A stretch of 64,000 nucleotides of DNA, from contig OZ241907.1 of the NCBI GenBank assembly GCA_965203515.1, forward strand, positions 480,001-544,000, in the 5' to 3' direction. This DNA is from Spirochaetia bacterium. GTDB lineage: Bacteria; Spirochaetota; Spirochaetia; SZUA-6; Bin103. Below the pieces are notes generated by a model. The model had not been told where the DNA came from and ran no database searches. It saw only the letters and a program-made list of their open reading frames with translations. This document shows positions 1 to 9,343 of this stretch, in pieces (the stretch's first letter is position 1; each line of letters starts with the position of its first letter). Position numbers and translations under genes: made by a program.

Positions 1-118
1 CGCGGACCCGGAACGGAAGCTGCCGCTCGACGTACGGCTCGCTCAGCCTCGACTGCAGTTCCCGCTTCTGTCCCTCGACCGCATCGTGAAGCACCGAGAA
101 CTCGGTCGGTCTCTGCAT
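1..118 (-). CDS. 5' part of a gene running off the window edge, possibly an AAA-family ATP-binding protein
   Basis: ATG at 118 opens MQRPTEFSVLHDAVEGQKRELQSRLSEPYVER… to the edge. It is preceded by a TATTAT -10-like box and a palindrome. The 'YVER' motif resembles AAA ATPase N-termini. Confidence 0.35.
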   Translation of the reverse strand, partial: MQRPTEFSVLHDAVEGQKRELQSRLSEPYVERQLPFRVR

Positions 119-127
119 CGTTCAGTC

Positions 128-163
128 CATAATACACAAAACTTGCAAGTTTCATGCATTATG
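128..163. promoter_or_regulatory. AT-rich inverted repeat, putative operator over the promoter of the edge gene
   Basis: CATAATACACAAAACTTG|CAAGTTTCATGCATTATG, 15 of 18 positions symmetric, perfect core AAACTTGCAAGTTT. Confidence 0.55.
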
Positions 164-182
164 AGTCGTGTCAGGCGGCGTT

Positions 183-1772
183 TCAGCGCAGCTCGAAGGC
201 GAACAGGGTGGCGCAGCGCAGCCGGAACCGGATCGTCAGGGGCTGCGCCCGATCGCGTGCGATCTCGGCGCGGCCGCGCCATCGGACCGTATGGTCGAGC
301 GAATCGCCCAGTACCGGATCGGCATCGGCGAAGCCGTAGCCGGGCAGGGCCGCGCCGTCGCGGTCGGCAAGCTCCACCAGCACGTGTCCGGCCGCCTGTA
401 CGCGTGCGTTGAGCCGCAGCGTGGCTCCTTCCGTGATCAGCGGGAGGGTGGCGAATGCGCCCTCGTCGTCCGCGCGAATGCCGCCCAGACGCTCGCGCGG
501 CCAGATCGCCAGCGCGTTCGTGCGCCGGAAGGAACGGCGGTTGCGCGGATACTTGTGCGGCTGCGGATAGCCGCCGTACGGCAGGGCGACCTGGTCGGCG
601 CCCAGCGGTATCAGGTCGGTGCCGCCGAACACGCAGCCGGCGTCCCACGGCTCCGGGCCGGCGCGCAGCACGGCGCCGCCCGGCGTCTCGTTCCAGACGA
701 TGCCGTCGGGGCTGGCGAACAGCAGCAGCTCCGACGTGTCGTCGTGGTGGTGATACAGGGCCGGAAACATCAGATGCTGGTCCGCGGTCCCCGGATAGAC
801 GGTCTTGGAGTTGGTGTACCAGTCGTCGGAGGGGCGCCGATCGGTCGACGGCCAGATCAGCATCTCCGGGCCGGGCCAATGGCGGAAGTCGTCGGTCTCC
901 GCCCGGCCGATGCAGCGTCGGCCGTAGAACCAGTTGCAGCGCGCGTACCAGACGTACCGCTGCAGGCGCCGGTCGTAGTAGACGACGTTGGTGGTATCGC
1001 TGTAGTGGATCACCAGCGGTCCCGGCAGCGCCTTCCAGGCGATGCCGTCCGGGGACACCGCTCCCCACATGCCCGACAGATGGCTCAGATCGTTTCCCAG
1101 CGGGTGGAAGGCGTCCGGCCGATCGCGCATGAAACGCTCGGCCAGCGCGCGCCGCTCCTGCGCGTTGCCCGGAATCCCGCCGCGAAAGAACATCTTGAAC
1201 CGCTCCGAGTCCGGGGCCGACGGATCCAGGAAGATCTCGGAGCGTTCCAGGCCGGCCACGCCCGGCGCCGCCGAGAAATCGAACGCGCACGGGGTATCGG
1301 CGCGCCATTCGTGCGCATCGTCGGACTCGGCGTAGCGGATCGGCCGGGTCGCCTCACCTTCGCCGGTCGAGTACCAGGTGCGGTACCGCCCGCCGGCATG
1401 GATGATCCGCGCGCCCGGCGCCGCTCCGTGCGGCAGCGGACCGCTCTTGCGGGCCGGCTCGCGCACCACGCGGATGCCGTGCGGGGTATCGCGCGGCACG
1501 AAGCGAGCCGTGATCGGCGAGTCGGCGCGGTCCGGATCGTTCCAGAGCCGGAGCTTCATCGGCGTCCCGTCCCGCTCGGCCCAATACGGCCCGATCGCCC
1601 CGACCTCCCCCGGCAGCACGTACCGCCAGTCAAGGAACAGGTGCGGGCCGGGCTCGATCCGCAGCTCGGCGCCTGCCATCCACGGCGTCCCGGCGCGGCG
1701 CGCCGCCGCCCTGGCCTTGGTCCCGAGCGTGATCCGGTCGGGCGGGGACGGATCGTCAGGAGCAGGCGGCAC
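183..1772 (-). CDS. Glycoside hydrolase-like five-bladed beta-propeller protein (GH32/GH43-like fold) with C-terminal beta domain
   Basis: Repeated S-x-D-G-x-x-W / SDD-x-x-x-W blade motifs (ESDDAHEW, SPDGIAW, ETDDFRHW, SPDGIVW) and a C-terminal 'GYGFADADPVLGDSLDHTVRW'. Start uncertain (1772 or 1679). Confidence 0.65.
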   Translation of the reverse strand: MPPAPDDPSPPDRITLGTKARAAARRAGTPWMAGAELRIEPGPHLFLDWRYVLPGEVGAIGPYWAERDGTPMKLRLWNDPDRADSPITARFVPRDTPHGIRVVREPARKSGPLPHGAAPGARIIHAGGRYRTWYSTGEGEATRPIRYAESDDAHEWRADTPCAFDFSAAPGVAGLERSEIFLDPSAPDSERFKMFFRGGIPGNAQERRALAERFMRDRPDAFHPLGNDLSHLSGMWGAVSPDGIAWKALPGPLVIHYSDTTNVVYYDRRLQRYVWYARCNWFYGRRCIGRAETDDFRHWPGPEMLIWPSTDRRPSDDWYTNSKTVYPGTADQHLMFPALYHHHDDTSELLLFASPDGIVWNETPGGAVLRAGPEPWDAGCVFGGTDLIPLGADQVALPYGGYPQPHKYPRNRRSFRRTNALAIWPRERLGGIRADDEGAFATLPLITEGATLRLNARVQAAGHVLVELADRDGAALPGYGFADADPVLGDSLDHTVRWRGRAEIARDRAQPLTIRFRLRCATLFAFELR

Positions 1773-1915
1773 GGCTCGTATCCTACGCCGTCACGCACCA
1801 TCCGTCGACGCGCCGGGCGCCGGAGCGGCTCGAACGCTTTGACATCGCGCGGCGGTGGTGCCAGCATCGGGTATCCGGGTCCCTTACCCGAGCTACGAGA
1901 GACGAAGGAGCAACC

Positions 1916-3145
1916 GTGAAGCGAATCCCGTTCATCATCCCGTTGTTGTTGCTGGCCGCCGCCGGCCTGTTCGCCACCGGCGAGGTCGAGGAGCAACGGC
2001 CCGACAAGCTGGTCTATCTCACGCCGCCATGGGGCGCCCCCTCCGATGAGGTCGTGGCTGTCTTCGAAGAGCGTTCCGGCATCGAGCTGGAGGTCGCCAC
2101 CGTGGACATCGACACCTCTCGCGACCGCGTGCTGACCGCCACCGCCGGCAGGACCAATCCCGCCGACGTGATCTTCGTGAGCGCCGATACCTTCGCCGCG
2201 TTCCAGAGCGCGGGGGCGATCCGTGCGCTCGACGATCTGGCGCCGGCGGAGATGCTCGACGGCTTGGCGGGCGTCGACCAGTTCGTGCTGGCCGGCACGC
2301 TGTGGGCGGTGCCGCTCTACCAGCAGATGGTGATGATCGACTACGACACCACCTCGCTCGACGCGATCGGGCTCACCGCCGCGGACATCGCCACCTGGGA
2401 CGACTTCGAAGCGGCGATGCTGGCCATGAAGGAACAGGGGTTGTACGAATATCCCTATGCGGCCGGCATCCGTCCCTGGACCTGGTACCTGATCGCCCTC
2501 TCCTCCGGCTCCGAGCTGTTCGACGATGCCGGCGATCCCGTGTTCGACGATCCATCGGACCCCGGGTATGCCGCGTTCGTGCGCGTGACCGAATGGTTCC
2601 GGCAGGGTCTGATCTCACCGGAGCGGTTGAGCTCTGCCAATCCGCACCCCAGCTTCTGGGCGGGGCAGGCAGCGTTCCACCAGGCGTGGCAGGGGGCCTT
2701 GGGGATCGCCAACGATGCCGAACGCTCTGCGGTCGCCCCGAACGCCGACTATCTGCTGCTGCCGGACCAGCACTTCACGTGGCTGCTGCCGGCGGGCCTC
2801 ACCGTCAGCGCGTTCACCGACTATCCGCAGGCCGCGATGGAGCTGGTCGAGTTCTTCACGGGCAGGGACATGCAGCGCTTCCTGTTCGATGCCAACGGCC
2901 TGTTCCCGGCCAGCACGACGGTATTTCAGGCGTTGGGCGATGCCGATGCCATCGACGGGTTCGAGGCGATGGACGAGCAGGCCAAATACATCGTCACGAT
3001 TCCGTACGACCAGCCGTGGTATATCGAGTTCGAACGGCAGGCGGAACAGCTCATGCTGCGCGCCGCCCGCGGTGAGCAGAGCCCGGAGGAGGCGCTGGTC
3101 GAGCTGGCGGCATTCGCTCGCGAGCTGAAGGCGGAGTACGAATAG
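1916..3145 (+). CDS. Sugar ABC transporter substrate-binding protein (family 1)
   Basis: GGAG RBS before GTG, signal peptide, 'PADVIF', 'LWAVP', followed by two permeases. Confidence 0.85.
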   Translation: MKRIPFIIPLLLLAAAGLFATGEVEEQRPDKLVYLTPPWGAPSDEVVAVFEERSGIELEVATVDIDTSRDRVLTATAGRTNPADVIFVSADTFAAFQSAGAIRALDDLAPAEMLDGLAGVDQFVLAGTLWAVPLYQQMVMIDYDTTSLDAIGLTAADIATWDDFEAAMLAMKEQGLYEYPYAAGIRPWTWYLIALSSGSELFDDAGDPVFDDPSDPGYAAFVRVTEWFRQGLISPERLSSANPHPSFWAGQAAFHQAWQGALGIANDAERSAVAPNADYLLLPDQHFTWLLPAGLTVSAFTDYPQAAMELVEFFTGRDMQRFLFDANGLFPASTTVFQALGDADAIDGFEAMDEQAKYIVTIPYDQPWYIEFERQAEQLMLRAARGEQSPEEALVELAAFARELKAEYE

Positions 3146-3258
3146 AGCGTTCAGGCACGGCTGCCGGCGCGCCGCGCCGGCAGCCGTGGGCCGGACTTCG
3201 GCCGCTCGGCGCCCGCCTCTCGCGCGCTCTCGACCGGCCGCGTACCCTGGCCGGCGCG

Positions 3259-4098
3259 GTGCTGGCGCCGACGCTGACCCTGGTCTTCGTATTCGGCCAC
3301 CTGCCGGCGCTCTCCTCCCTGCGGCTGGCCTTTACCCGCTACAACGTCAAGCAGCCGGCCCGGCGCGGCTTCGTCGGTCTGGACAACTTCATCCACGTCC
3401 TGACCGACGGCGCCTTTCACGCCGCTCTGGCGCGCGTGGCCTATTTCGTGATCGCCGCAATCGTCCTGGTGCTGGCGATCGGGCTGGTGTTCGCGCTGAC
3501 GCTCAACCGAGATTTCCCGGGGAGGGGGCTGCTGCGGACGATCATCATCATCCCGTGGGCGATCCCGCCGGTGGTTTCCGGGCACGCTTGGCGGTGGATA
3601 TTCAACGGCGAATACGGAGCGTTGAACGGGCTGCTGTGGCAGCTCGGCATCATCGGCGAGTACCGCTTCTGGCTGGCCGAGCCGCTCACCGCGCTGAGCG
3701 CCGCCGTCCTGGTGTTCGTGTGGCGTTTCGTCCCGTTCGTGGCCGTGCTGTTCCTGGGCGCCCTGCAGGCCGTACCGGTCGAGCTCTACGAGAGCGCCGC
3801 CGTCGACGGCGCCGGCCCGCTGCGGCGCTTCCGGCACGTCACGGTGCCGGCCGTCGCCGCCATCGCCGCCATCGCGCTGGTCCTCACCGGCATCACGGCG
3901 TTCAACGTATTCGATGAGATCTACGCGCTCACCGGCGCGCAGGAGATCACGCGCACGCCGATGATCTACAACTACGAAATCACGTTCGTGGGCGGCCGCT
4001 TCGGACGCGGGGCGGCGATGGCGTATCTCACCGGTCTGGCGCTGTTCCTGATGTCCCTGCTCTACATGCGGCTGTCGCTGCGCGAGCGGGACGTGTAG
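3259..4098 (+). CDS. Carbohydrate ABC transporter permease (MalF/UgpA type)
   Basis: 'FVGLDNF', EAA loop 'ELYESAAVDGA', hydrophobic helices. Start approximate. Confidence 0.9.
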   Translation: MLAPTLTLVFVFGHLPALSSLRLAFTRYNVKQPARRGFVGLDNFIHVLTDGAFHAALARVAYFVIAAIVLVLAIGLVFALTLNRDFPGRGLLRTIIIIPWAIPPVVSGHAWRWIFNGEYGALNGLLWQLGIIGEYRFWLAEPLTALSAAVLVFVWRFVPFVAVLFLGALQAVPVELYESAAVDGAGPLRRFRHVTVPAVAAIAAIALVLTGITAFNVFDEIYALTGAQEITRTPMIYNYEITFVGGRFGRGAAMAYLTGLALFLMSLLYMRLSLRERDV

Positions 4099-4104
4099 CG
4101 ATCC

Positions 4105-4998
4105 GTGGCCTGGTCGATCGCCGGCGCCTCGCCGGTCCGCCGCCTGGCGTCGCGCGGGCTGCTCTGGATGCTGGCGGCGCTGATGGCGGCCTGGAGCCTG
4201 GGCCCGCTTGGCTGGATATTCATCTCCTCGATCTCGGTGCGCGCCGAGCTCTACTCGGTGCCGCCGCACTGGATTCCGCGGGAACCGACCTTGGCCCCGT
4301 ATCGCACGGTGCTGATCGAAGGGGAGGGCTTTCGCGGCGCCGCGGGGCAGGCGGCGGCGGAGCTGATCCGCGCGGGCCTGATCAATTCACTCATCATCAG
4401 CACGTCGACGACGCTGCTGGTGATGGCGCTGGCGCCGCTGCTGGGCTACGTATTCGGGCGCCTCGAGTTTCCCGGCCGCCGCGCCCTGTTCTATTTCGTG
4501 TTGGCGCTGATAGCACTGCCCGGCTGGCCGATCATCATCGGACTGTTTCCGATGATGTCGTCGCTGCGGCTCCTGGACACCCGGATCGGTCTGGTCCTGC
4601 TGCTGTTTACGTACCGGATTCCGTTCGAGATGTGGTTCATGACCGGCTACTTCCGGGCGGTGCCGGCGGAGATCGAAGACGCGGCCCGCGTGGACGGCTG
4701 CACGCGCCTGCAGGCGCTGTATCGAGTCACGATCCACCTGGTCAGACCCGGCATCGTCGCGGTCTCCATCATCTCGTTCCTGCATTCCTGGAACTTCTTT
4801 CTGGTGCCGCTGATCATGGCGTACACGCTGCGCTCCAAGCCGCTCACCGTCACGATCACGGAATTCGTCGGGCAGTATTTCGTGCACTGGGATCTGATGT
4901 CGGCGGCCACGATCATCGCCATCGTGCCGCCGGTCGTGATGGTCATCCTGTTCCAGCGGCACATCGTCAGAGGGCTGTCGGCGGGAGCGATTCGGTGA
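4105..4998 (+). CDS. Carbohydrate ABC transporter permease (MalG/UgpE type)
   Basis: 'EIEDAARVDGC', C-terminal 'FQRHIVRGLSAGAIR'. Confidence 0.9.
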   Translation: MAWSIAGASPVRRLASRGLLWMLAALMAAWSLGPLGWIFISSISVRAELYSVPPHWIPREPTLAPYRTVLIEGEGFRGAAGQAAAELIRAGLINSLIISTSTTLLVMALAPLLGYVFGRLEFPGRRALFYFVLALIALPGWPIIIGLFPMMSSLRLLDTRIGLVLLLFTYRIPFEMWFMTGYFRAVPAEIEDAARVDGCTRLQALYRVTIHLVRPGIVAVSIISFLHSWNFFLVPLIMAYTLRSKPLTVTITEFVGQYFVHWDLMSAATIIAIVPPVVMVILFQRHIVRGLSAGAIR

Positions 4999-6254
4999 TG
5001 CCGCAGCATCGGCGCGGCCGCGCACGCAGTGCGGATCCGGCGGACGCGGCGGTCTGGTTCGGCGCCGACGTGCTGCTGCATCGCCCGGAGGGCGCCCCGT
5101 TTCGGGAGCGGTTGCGGGGGCGGCGCGTGGCGCTGCTCGCGCATCCGGCCAGCGTCGACGCCCGCCTGCGCCCGGTGTGGGAGCTGGTCGGCGCGCTCCC
5201 GGACGTGCGGCTCACCGCGTTGCTGTCGCCCCAGCACGGCTTTGCCGGCGAGAAGCAGGACGACATGGTGGAGAGCGCCGACGCCCGCCATCCCGCGCTC
5301 GGGGTACCGATCCTCAGTCTGTACGGCGATACTCGGCGCCTGCGTCCGGAATGGCTCGACCTGTTCGACGTGCTGCTGTTCGACCTCCAGGACGTGGGCG
5401 TTCGCGTCTATACCTTTCTCACCACGCTGGGCTACCTGCTCGAGGACTTGGCCGGCTGCGGCGACCGCGAGCTGTGGGTGCTGGACCGGCCCAACCCGGC
5501 CGGCCGTTGCGTAGAGGGACTGACGCTGCAACCGGGCGAGGAGAGTTTCGTCGGCCTGGCTCCCCTGCCGATGCAGCACGGCCTGACCATGGGCGAGTGC
5601 GCCTGCTGGTACCGCCGGTTCTCGAATCTGTCGGTCCGCCTGGAGGTGGTACCGATGCTCGGCTGGGACCCGCGGGCGCCATGGCCCGCGGAGCGGGTCT
5701 GGTTGCAGCCGAGCCCCAACATGCCGGCGCTGGCGACGGCGCGCGCCTATCCCGGCACGGTGCTGCTGGAAGGCACGACGTTGAGCGAGGGCCGCGGCAC
5801 CACTCGTCCGCTGTCGCTGGCAGGGCATCCGCGGGTCGACTGGTCCGCGGTGAGGCGGCGCCTGCGGGAGCGCTGCCCGGAGCTGCTCGCCGGGCTGGTG
5901 CTGCGCGACGTCACCTTCGAGCCGACCTTCCACAAGCACGCCGGCCGGCCATGTCCCGGCTTCGAACTGGTGACCGCCGATCCGGTCTACGATCCCGGCC
6001 GGTGCCGTCCGTATCGTCTGATCGCCGCCATCCTGAAGATCGTCCGCTCGTTGCACCCGGAGCTGCCGGTATGGCGAACCCCTCCCTATGAGTACGAGTT
6101 CGAGCGGCTCCCGATCGACGTGATCGCCGGCGGTCCGGCCCTGCGCCGCTGGGTCGATGACGCGGACGACGCGTCATGGGATGACTGGGACGCAAGGCTG
6201 CGGGCGGACGAGCGTGCGTGGACAGCCGCGACCGCCGCGTTCAGGCGGTACTGA
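4998..6254 (+). CDS. namZ: DUF1343 family exo-beta-N-acetylmuramidase (NamZ-like)
   Basis: 'SPQHG', 'SLYG', 'DLQDVGVRVYTF', 'VLDRPNP', 'PSPNMP', 'SEGRGTTRP'. ATG overlaps the permease stop (TGATG). Confidence 0.85.
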   Translation: MPQHRRGRARSADPADAAVWFGADVLLHRPEGAPFRERLRGRRVALLAHPASVDARLRPVWELVGALPDVRLTALLSPQHGFAGEKQDDMVESADARHPALGVPILSLYGDTRRLRPEWLDLFDVLLFDLQDVGVRVYTFLTTLGYLLEDLAGCGDRELWVLDRPNPAGRCVEGLTLQPGEESFVGLAPLPMQHGLTMGECACWYRRFSNLSVRLEVVPMLGWDPRAPWPAERVWLQPSPNMPALATARAYPGTVLLEGTTLSEGRGTTRPLSLAGHPRVDWSAVRRRLRERCPELLAGLVLRDVTFEPTFHKHAGRPCPGFELVTADPVYDPGRCRPYRLIAAILKIVRSLHPELPVWRTPPYEYEFERLPIDVIAGGPALRRWVDDADDASWDDWDARLRADERAWTAATAAFRRY

Positions 6255-6262
6255 GGGACCGG

Positions 6263-6982
6263 TTATTCTCTCAGAGCCGCCAAGCCCGTCAGCGTAATCG
6301 GCGGACGATCCGGAAATTCCGCGACCAAGCTCAACTTCCCGCCCATCGCTTCGACGTAGCCGCTGAGTGTGGATATCAGAAGATCGCTGCGTTGTTCGAT
6401 GCGGGATACGTTTTCCTGGTTGATGCCGAGCTTCTCGGCTACTCGCGCCTGCGTCTGATTACGCGCTCTGCGCAGATCACGAAGAGTCAGCTCTTCGGCA
6501 ATCAGCGCGTCAGTCAACTCCTCGATCCTCTTTCGACGATCTTCGGGAAGAGCTTCCATCTCTTCTCTGAGCGTAGTACAGTTCAAAATAACCTCCGTGT
6601 ATAGTGTGTCCTCGACGAACGCTGCTCTACATCGACCTGCCCTCTCCCCATACAGGTATGCGTCGAACCGAACGTCCGCTGCTCTCAGCAGCCGCTCATA
6701 GAAACGCTTCTCCGATTTCGTCTTGTCGCCGACTGCGAGCAGGATGGCCGTACGATTCGGGGCGAAGGCAAAGGCGACCCGCCACACGCCGTCACCGGCG
6801 CTGAAACGAAGCTCTTTCATGTTGCGATGGCTCGATCCGTGCACGGTGTCCACGTGAGGGCGACCTAACGATGGTCCAAACCGCTCAAGTAACCCTGCAT
6901 ATGCAAGGAGCTTGTCGTACACCGGGTCCGGAAGCGCCTTGATCTCTTTACGGAAGGCAGGATGGAAACGGACGGTCCACAC
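6263..6982 (-). CDS. RelE/HigB-like (Gp49/DUF891) toxin fused in frame to an XRE/HTH antitoxin
   Basis: N-half has 'GPSLGRPHVDTV…MKELRF…WRVAFAF…AILLAVGDK'. C-half has 'TLRDLRRARNQTQARVAEKLGINQENVSRIEQRSDLLISTLSGYVEAMGGKL'. No stop lies between them. Internal GGAGGT-TATT-TTG start at 6586. Confidence 0.85.
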   Translation of the reverse strand: MWTVRFHPAFRKEIKALPDPVYDKLLAYAGLLERFGPSLGRPHVDTVHGSSHRNMKELRFSAGDGVWRVAFAFAPNRTAILLAVGDKTKSEKRFYERLLRAADVRFDAYLYGERAGRCRAAFVEDTLYTEVILNCTTLREEMEALPEDRRKRIEELTDALIAEELTLRDLRRARNQTQARVAEKLGINQENVSRIEQRSDLLISTLSGYVEAMGGKLSLVAEFPDRPPITLTGLAALRE

Positions 6983-7017
6983 GAGTCGAATATGACTCGA
7001 ATGTCATATGCTGTCAA
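6983..7017 (-). promoter_or_regulatory. Sigma70-type promoter with overlapping palindromic operator for the TA locus
   Basis: On the minus strand TTGACA-17 nt-CATATT, 6 nt before the GTG. Inverted repeat ATATGAC-TCGAAT-GTCATAT at 6990-7009. Confidence 0.7.
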
Positions 7018-7097
7018 GTGCATTCATGGGGCAGCTCGGATGTGTGCCGCACAGCACGCTCACGCGTCCCGCAGTCCCGGCCCTGCGTCGCCGGCGT

Positions 7098-8162
7098 TCA
7101 GGTGCGCGGCAGGGGCAGGTCGACGCGGTTGTGGCCGTTTCGTTGCGAGGCGAGGATTCCCAGCAGGATCTCCAGCGTCCAGCGCGCGTCCGTGCCCGGC
7201 GAGACCAGCGGGCCGCCGCCGTCCAGGACCCCTACCAGCTCGTCGACGGCGCCGAGCTGGTGCCCGTACAGGTAGTCGCCGGGATCCAGCGACGACGACA
7301 GCAGCTCGCGGCGCCTTCCGTCGCTGTCGCTGGTGAGGAGCCGGCCGTGCTCGTTGTAGAACTCCAGCCGGCCGCGATCACAGGTGACGGTGAGGATTCC
7401 GGCGTTGAACTCCGTCTTGTAGGCGCTGTAGGTGGCGCGGATATCGCGTTCGAAGCCGATCAACGCAGAGGCGTACGGATCCTGGGCCGGGTCCTTGCCG
7501 CCGTCGCCCCGGTAGCGGTCGAAGTGATCGAAGCCGGGCTCCAGCCTGGCGGTCACCCACCGCGGCTCGGCGCCGGAGAAGAAGCACAACAGGTCGATCA
7601 GGTGGGTGCCGTTGCGGAACATCATCGCCCGCGGTCCGTAGTGCTCGGCCGACAGCGTCCGCACCGCCCCCAGCGCGCCGCTCGCCACCATGCGCTGCGC
7701 TTCCGAGAACGCCGGCGCCCAGCGGCGGGTGTGGTCGATCGACAGCAGCGTCCCGTTGCGCTCGCACGCCTCGATCATGCGGTCCGCGTCCTCCAGCGTG
7801 GTGGCGATCGGCTTCTCGCAAAAGACCGCGCGGGCGCCCGATTCGGCGGCGGCCACGGTCAGGTCGGCATGGACGTGGTCGCCGGTGACGACGCTGACGA
7901 TGTCCGGTCGCTCGCCGGCCAGCATCTCGCCGAAGTCGGTATGGACGGCGGTGTCGGAGAGGTCCGGCCACGTCTCCCGGAACTCGTCGAGCGCTTCGCT
8001 GCGCAGGTCGCACACCGCTGCCAGCTCGGTGCGCGGGTGCTCCACGTAGCACGATACGTGGGAACGGCCCATCGGGCGCCGCAACCCGCCCGAGCCGGCG
8101 GGCGGCCGCCGGGCGCCGATCCCGGTAAGTCCGACGACGGCCGCGCGGTATTGCTTCTCCAT
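7098..8162 (-). CDS. Gfo/Idh/MocA family oxidoreductase
   Basis: 'AAVVGLTGIG', 'PDIVSVVT', 'FCEKPIA', 'NGTHLID'. AGGA RBS. Confidence 0.9.
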   Translation of the reverse strand: MEKQYRAAVVGLTGIGARRPPAGSGGLRRPMGRSHVSCYVEHPRTELAAVCDLRSEALDEFRETWPDLSDTAVHTDFGEMLAGERPDIVSVVTGDHVHADLTVAAAESGARAVFCEKPIATTLEDADRMIEACERNGTLLSIDHTRRWAPAFSEAQRMVASGALGAVRTLSAEHYGPRAMMFRNGTHLIDLLCFFSGAEPRWVTARLEPGFDHFDRYRGDGGKDPAQDPYASALIGFERDIRATYSAYKTEFNAGILTVTCDRGRLEFYNEHGRLLTSDSDGRRRELLSSSLDPGDYLYGHQLGAVDELVGVLDGGGPLVSPGTDARWTLEILLGILASQRNGHNRVDLPLPRT

Positions 8163-8180
8163 TCCTGACTCCTCAGGCGA

Positions 8181-9332
8181 TCATAGCGGTTCGCGCGCCG
8201 GGCCGGCCACCACCACGCCGCCGCGCACGGTGAGACGCGGCGCCCAGCGCACGCCGGGCCGCTCCACGCCGTCGACGTCGCTAAGCCGGCCGGCCGCATC
8301 GTCCGCCTGCTCCAGCACGGTCAGGTCCGCGCAGGTCCCGGCGCGCAGCGAACCGATCTCGTCTTCCAGTCCCAGCAGCTCGGCGGGGCGCCGGGTCGCG
8401 CGGCGAAACGCCTCGGTCTCCGGCAGGCCGGCCGCTATCACCTTGGAGACGGTGAGCGCCAGATCGTGCTGCGGGCGCGAGCCGACGTGGCGCCGGTACT
8501 GATCGCTGGAGATGGTATCGGGCCAGAACCCCTCTCCTATGGCCGCTTCGGCCACCGGGAAGCTGAACGAGGCCATGCCGTGGCCGACGTCGAACAGCAC
8601 CCCGCGGCGCCGCGCCTCCCGGACGCAGCCGCGCACCCGCCCGTCGCGGATCATGCCTTCGGCCAACGGGTTGTAGCAGTAGGTGACCACGTCGCCGGCG
8701 CGCAGCATCGGGAGCTGCTCGTCGAGCGGCCAGTCGCTCTGCATGCGCGTGCCGAACAGCAGCGGGCGGTCGGTGCGCTCCGCGGCCTGCAGGGCGCGGT
8801 CCAGCACGGCATGCGGGTCGATGCCGATCGACGCGCCGGTATTTACGGCGATCCCCCAGATCAGCTCGCCGCCCTCCTCGATCGCGGCCGCGCACGCGGC
8901 CGCGTCGGCGTCGGCGAGCGAGCCGTACGGCCAGTCCGGATCGGACTCGCCGCGGCGCGACAGATGGATCGCCAACCGCACCCGCGTGCGGGCGGCGCCG
9001 ATCACCCGATCGCGGTAGGCGGGCCAGTTGTCGGCTCCGGCGTCGCCCTGCGACAGCACCGTGGTCACGCCGCGCGGCAGCAGGTGCCGGTCCGGGTCGA
9101 TGCCGTAGCGAGAGCCGCCGCGCGCCGGATGGGCGTGGAGGTCGACCAGACCCGGCAGCAGCAACCCGGCGGGGAAGTCGAGTCGGGTCCGCGCCGGCCC
9201 GCTCACCAGCGGACCGGCTGCGGCGATGCGGTCGCCGCGCACGGCGACCGAGCCGGGGCCGTCCAGCCCGCCGGCGGAGCAGAGCACCCGGCCGGCGCTG
9301 ATCAGCAGATCGTAGGGGTCGGAGTCGGTCAT
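8181..9332 (-). CDS. Amidohydrolase/deacetylase family metallohydrolase (dihydroorotase-like)
   Basis: 'PGLVDLHAH', 'GVTTVLSQGDAG', 'FDVGHGMASFSF', 'DTISSD', 'GSLRAGTCADLTV'. True start is MTDSDP within the longer ORF. Confidence 0.85.
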   Translation of the reverse strand: MTDSDPYDLLISAGRVLCSAGGLDGPGSVAVRGDRIAAAGPLVSGPARTRLDFPAGLLLPGLVDLHAHPARGGSRYGIDPDRHLLPRGVTTVLSQGDAGADNWPAYRDRVIGAARTRVRLAIHLSRRGESDPDWPYGSLADADAAACAAAIEEGGELIWGIAVNTGASIGIDPHAVLDRALQAAERTDRPLLFGTRMQSDWPLDEQLPMLRAGDVVTYCYNPLAEGMIRDGRVRGCVREARRRGVLFDVGHGMASFSFPVAEAAIGEGFWPDTISSDQYRRHVGSRPQHDLALTVSKVIAAGLPETEAFRRATRRPAELLGLEDEIGSLRAGTCADLTVLEQADDAAGRLSDVDGVERPGVRWAPRLTVRGGVVVAGPAREPL

Positions 9333-9343
9333 GGACGCATACC

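Noticed and set aside
6237..7102. GCGTTCAGG on both sides of the TA insert as a target duplication
   Set aside because: A 9-mer that overlaps coding ends and also occurs at 3147. Likely chance in GC-rich DNA.
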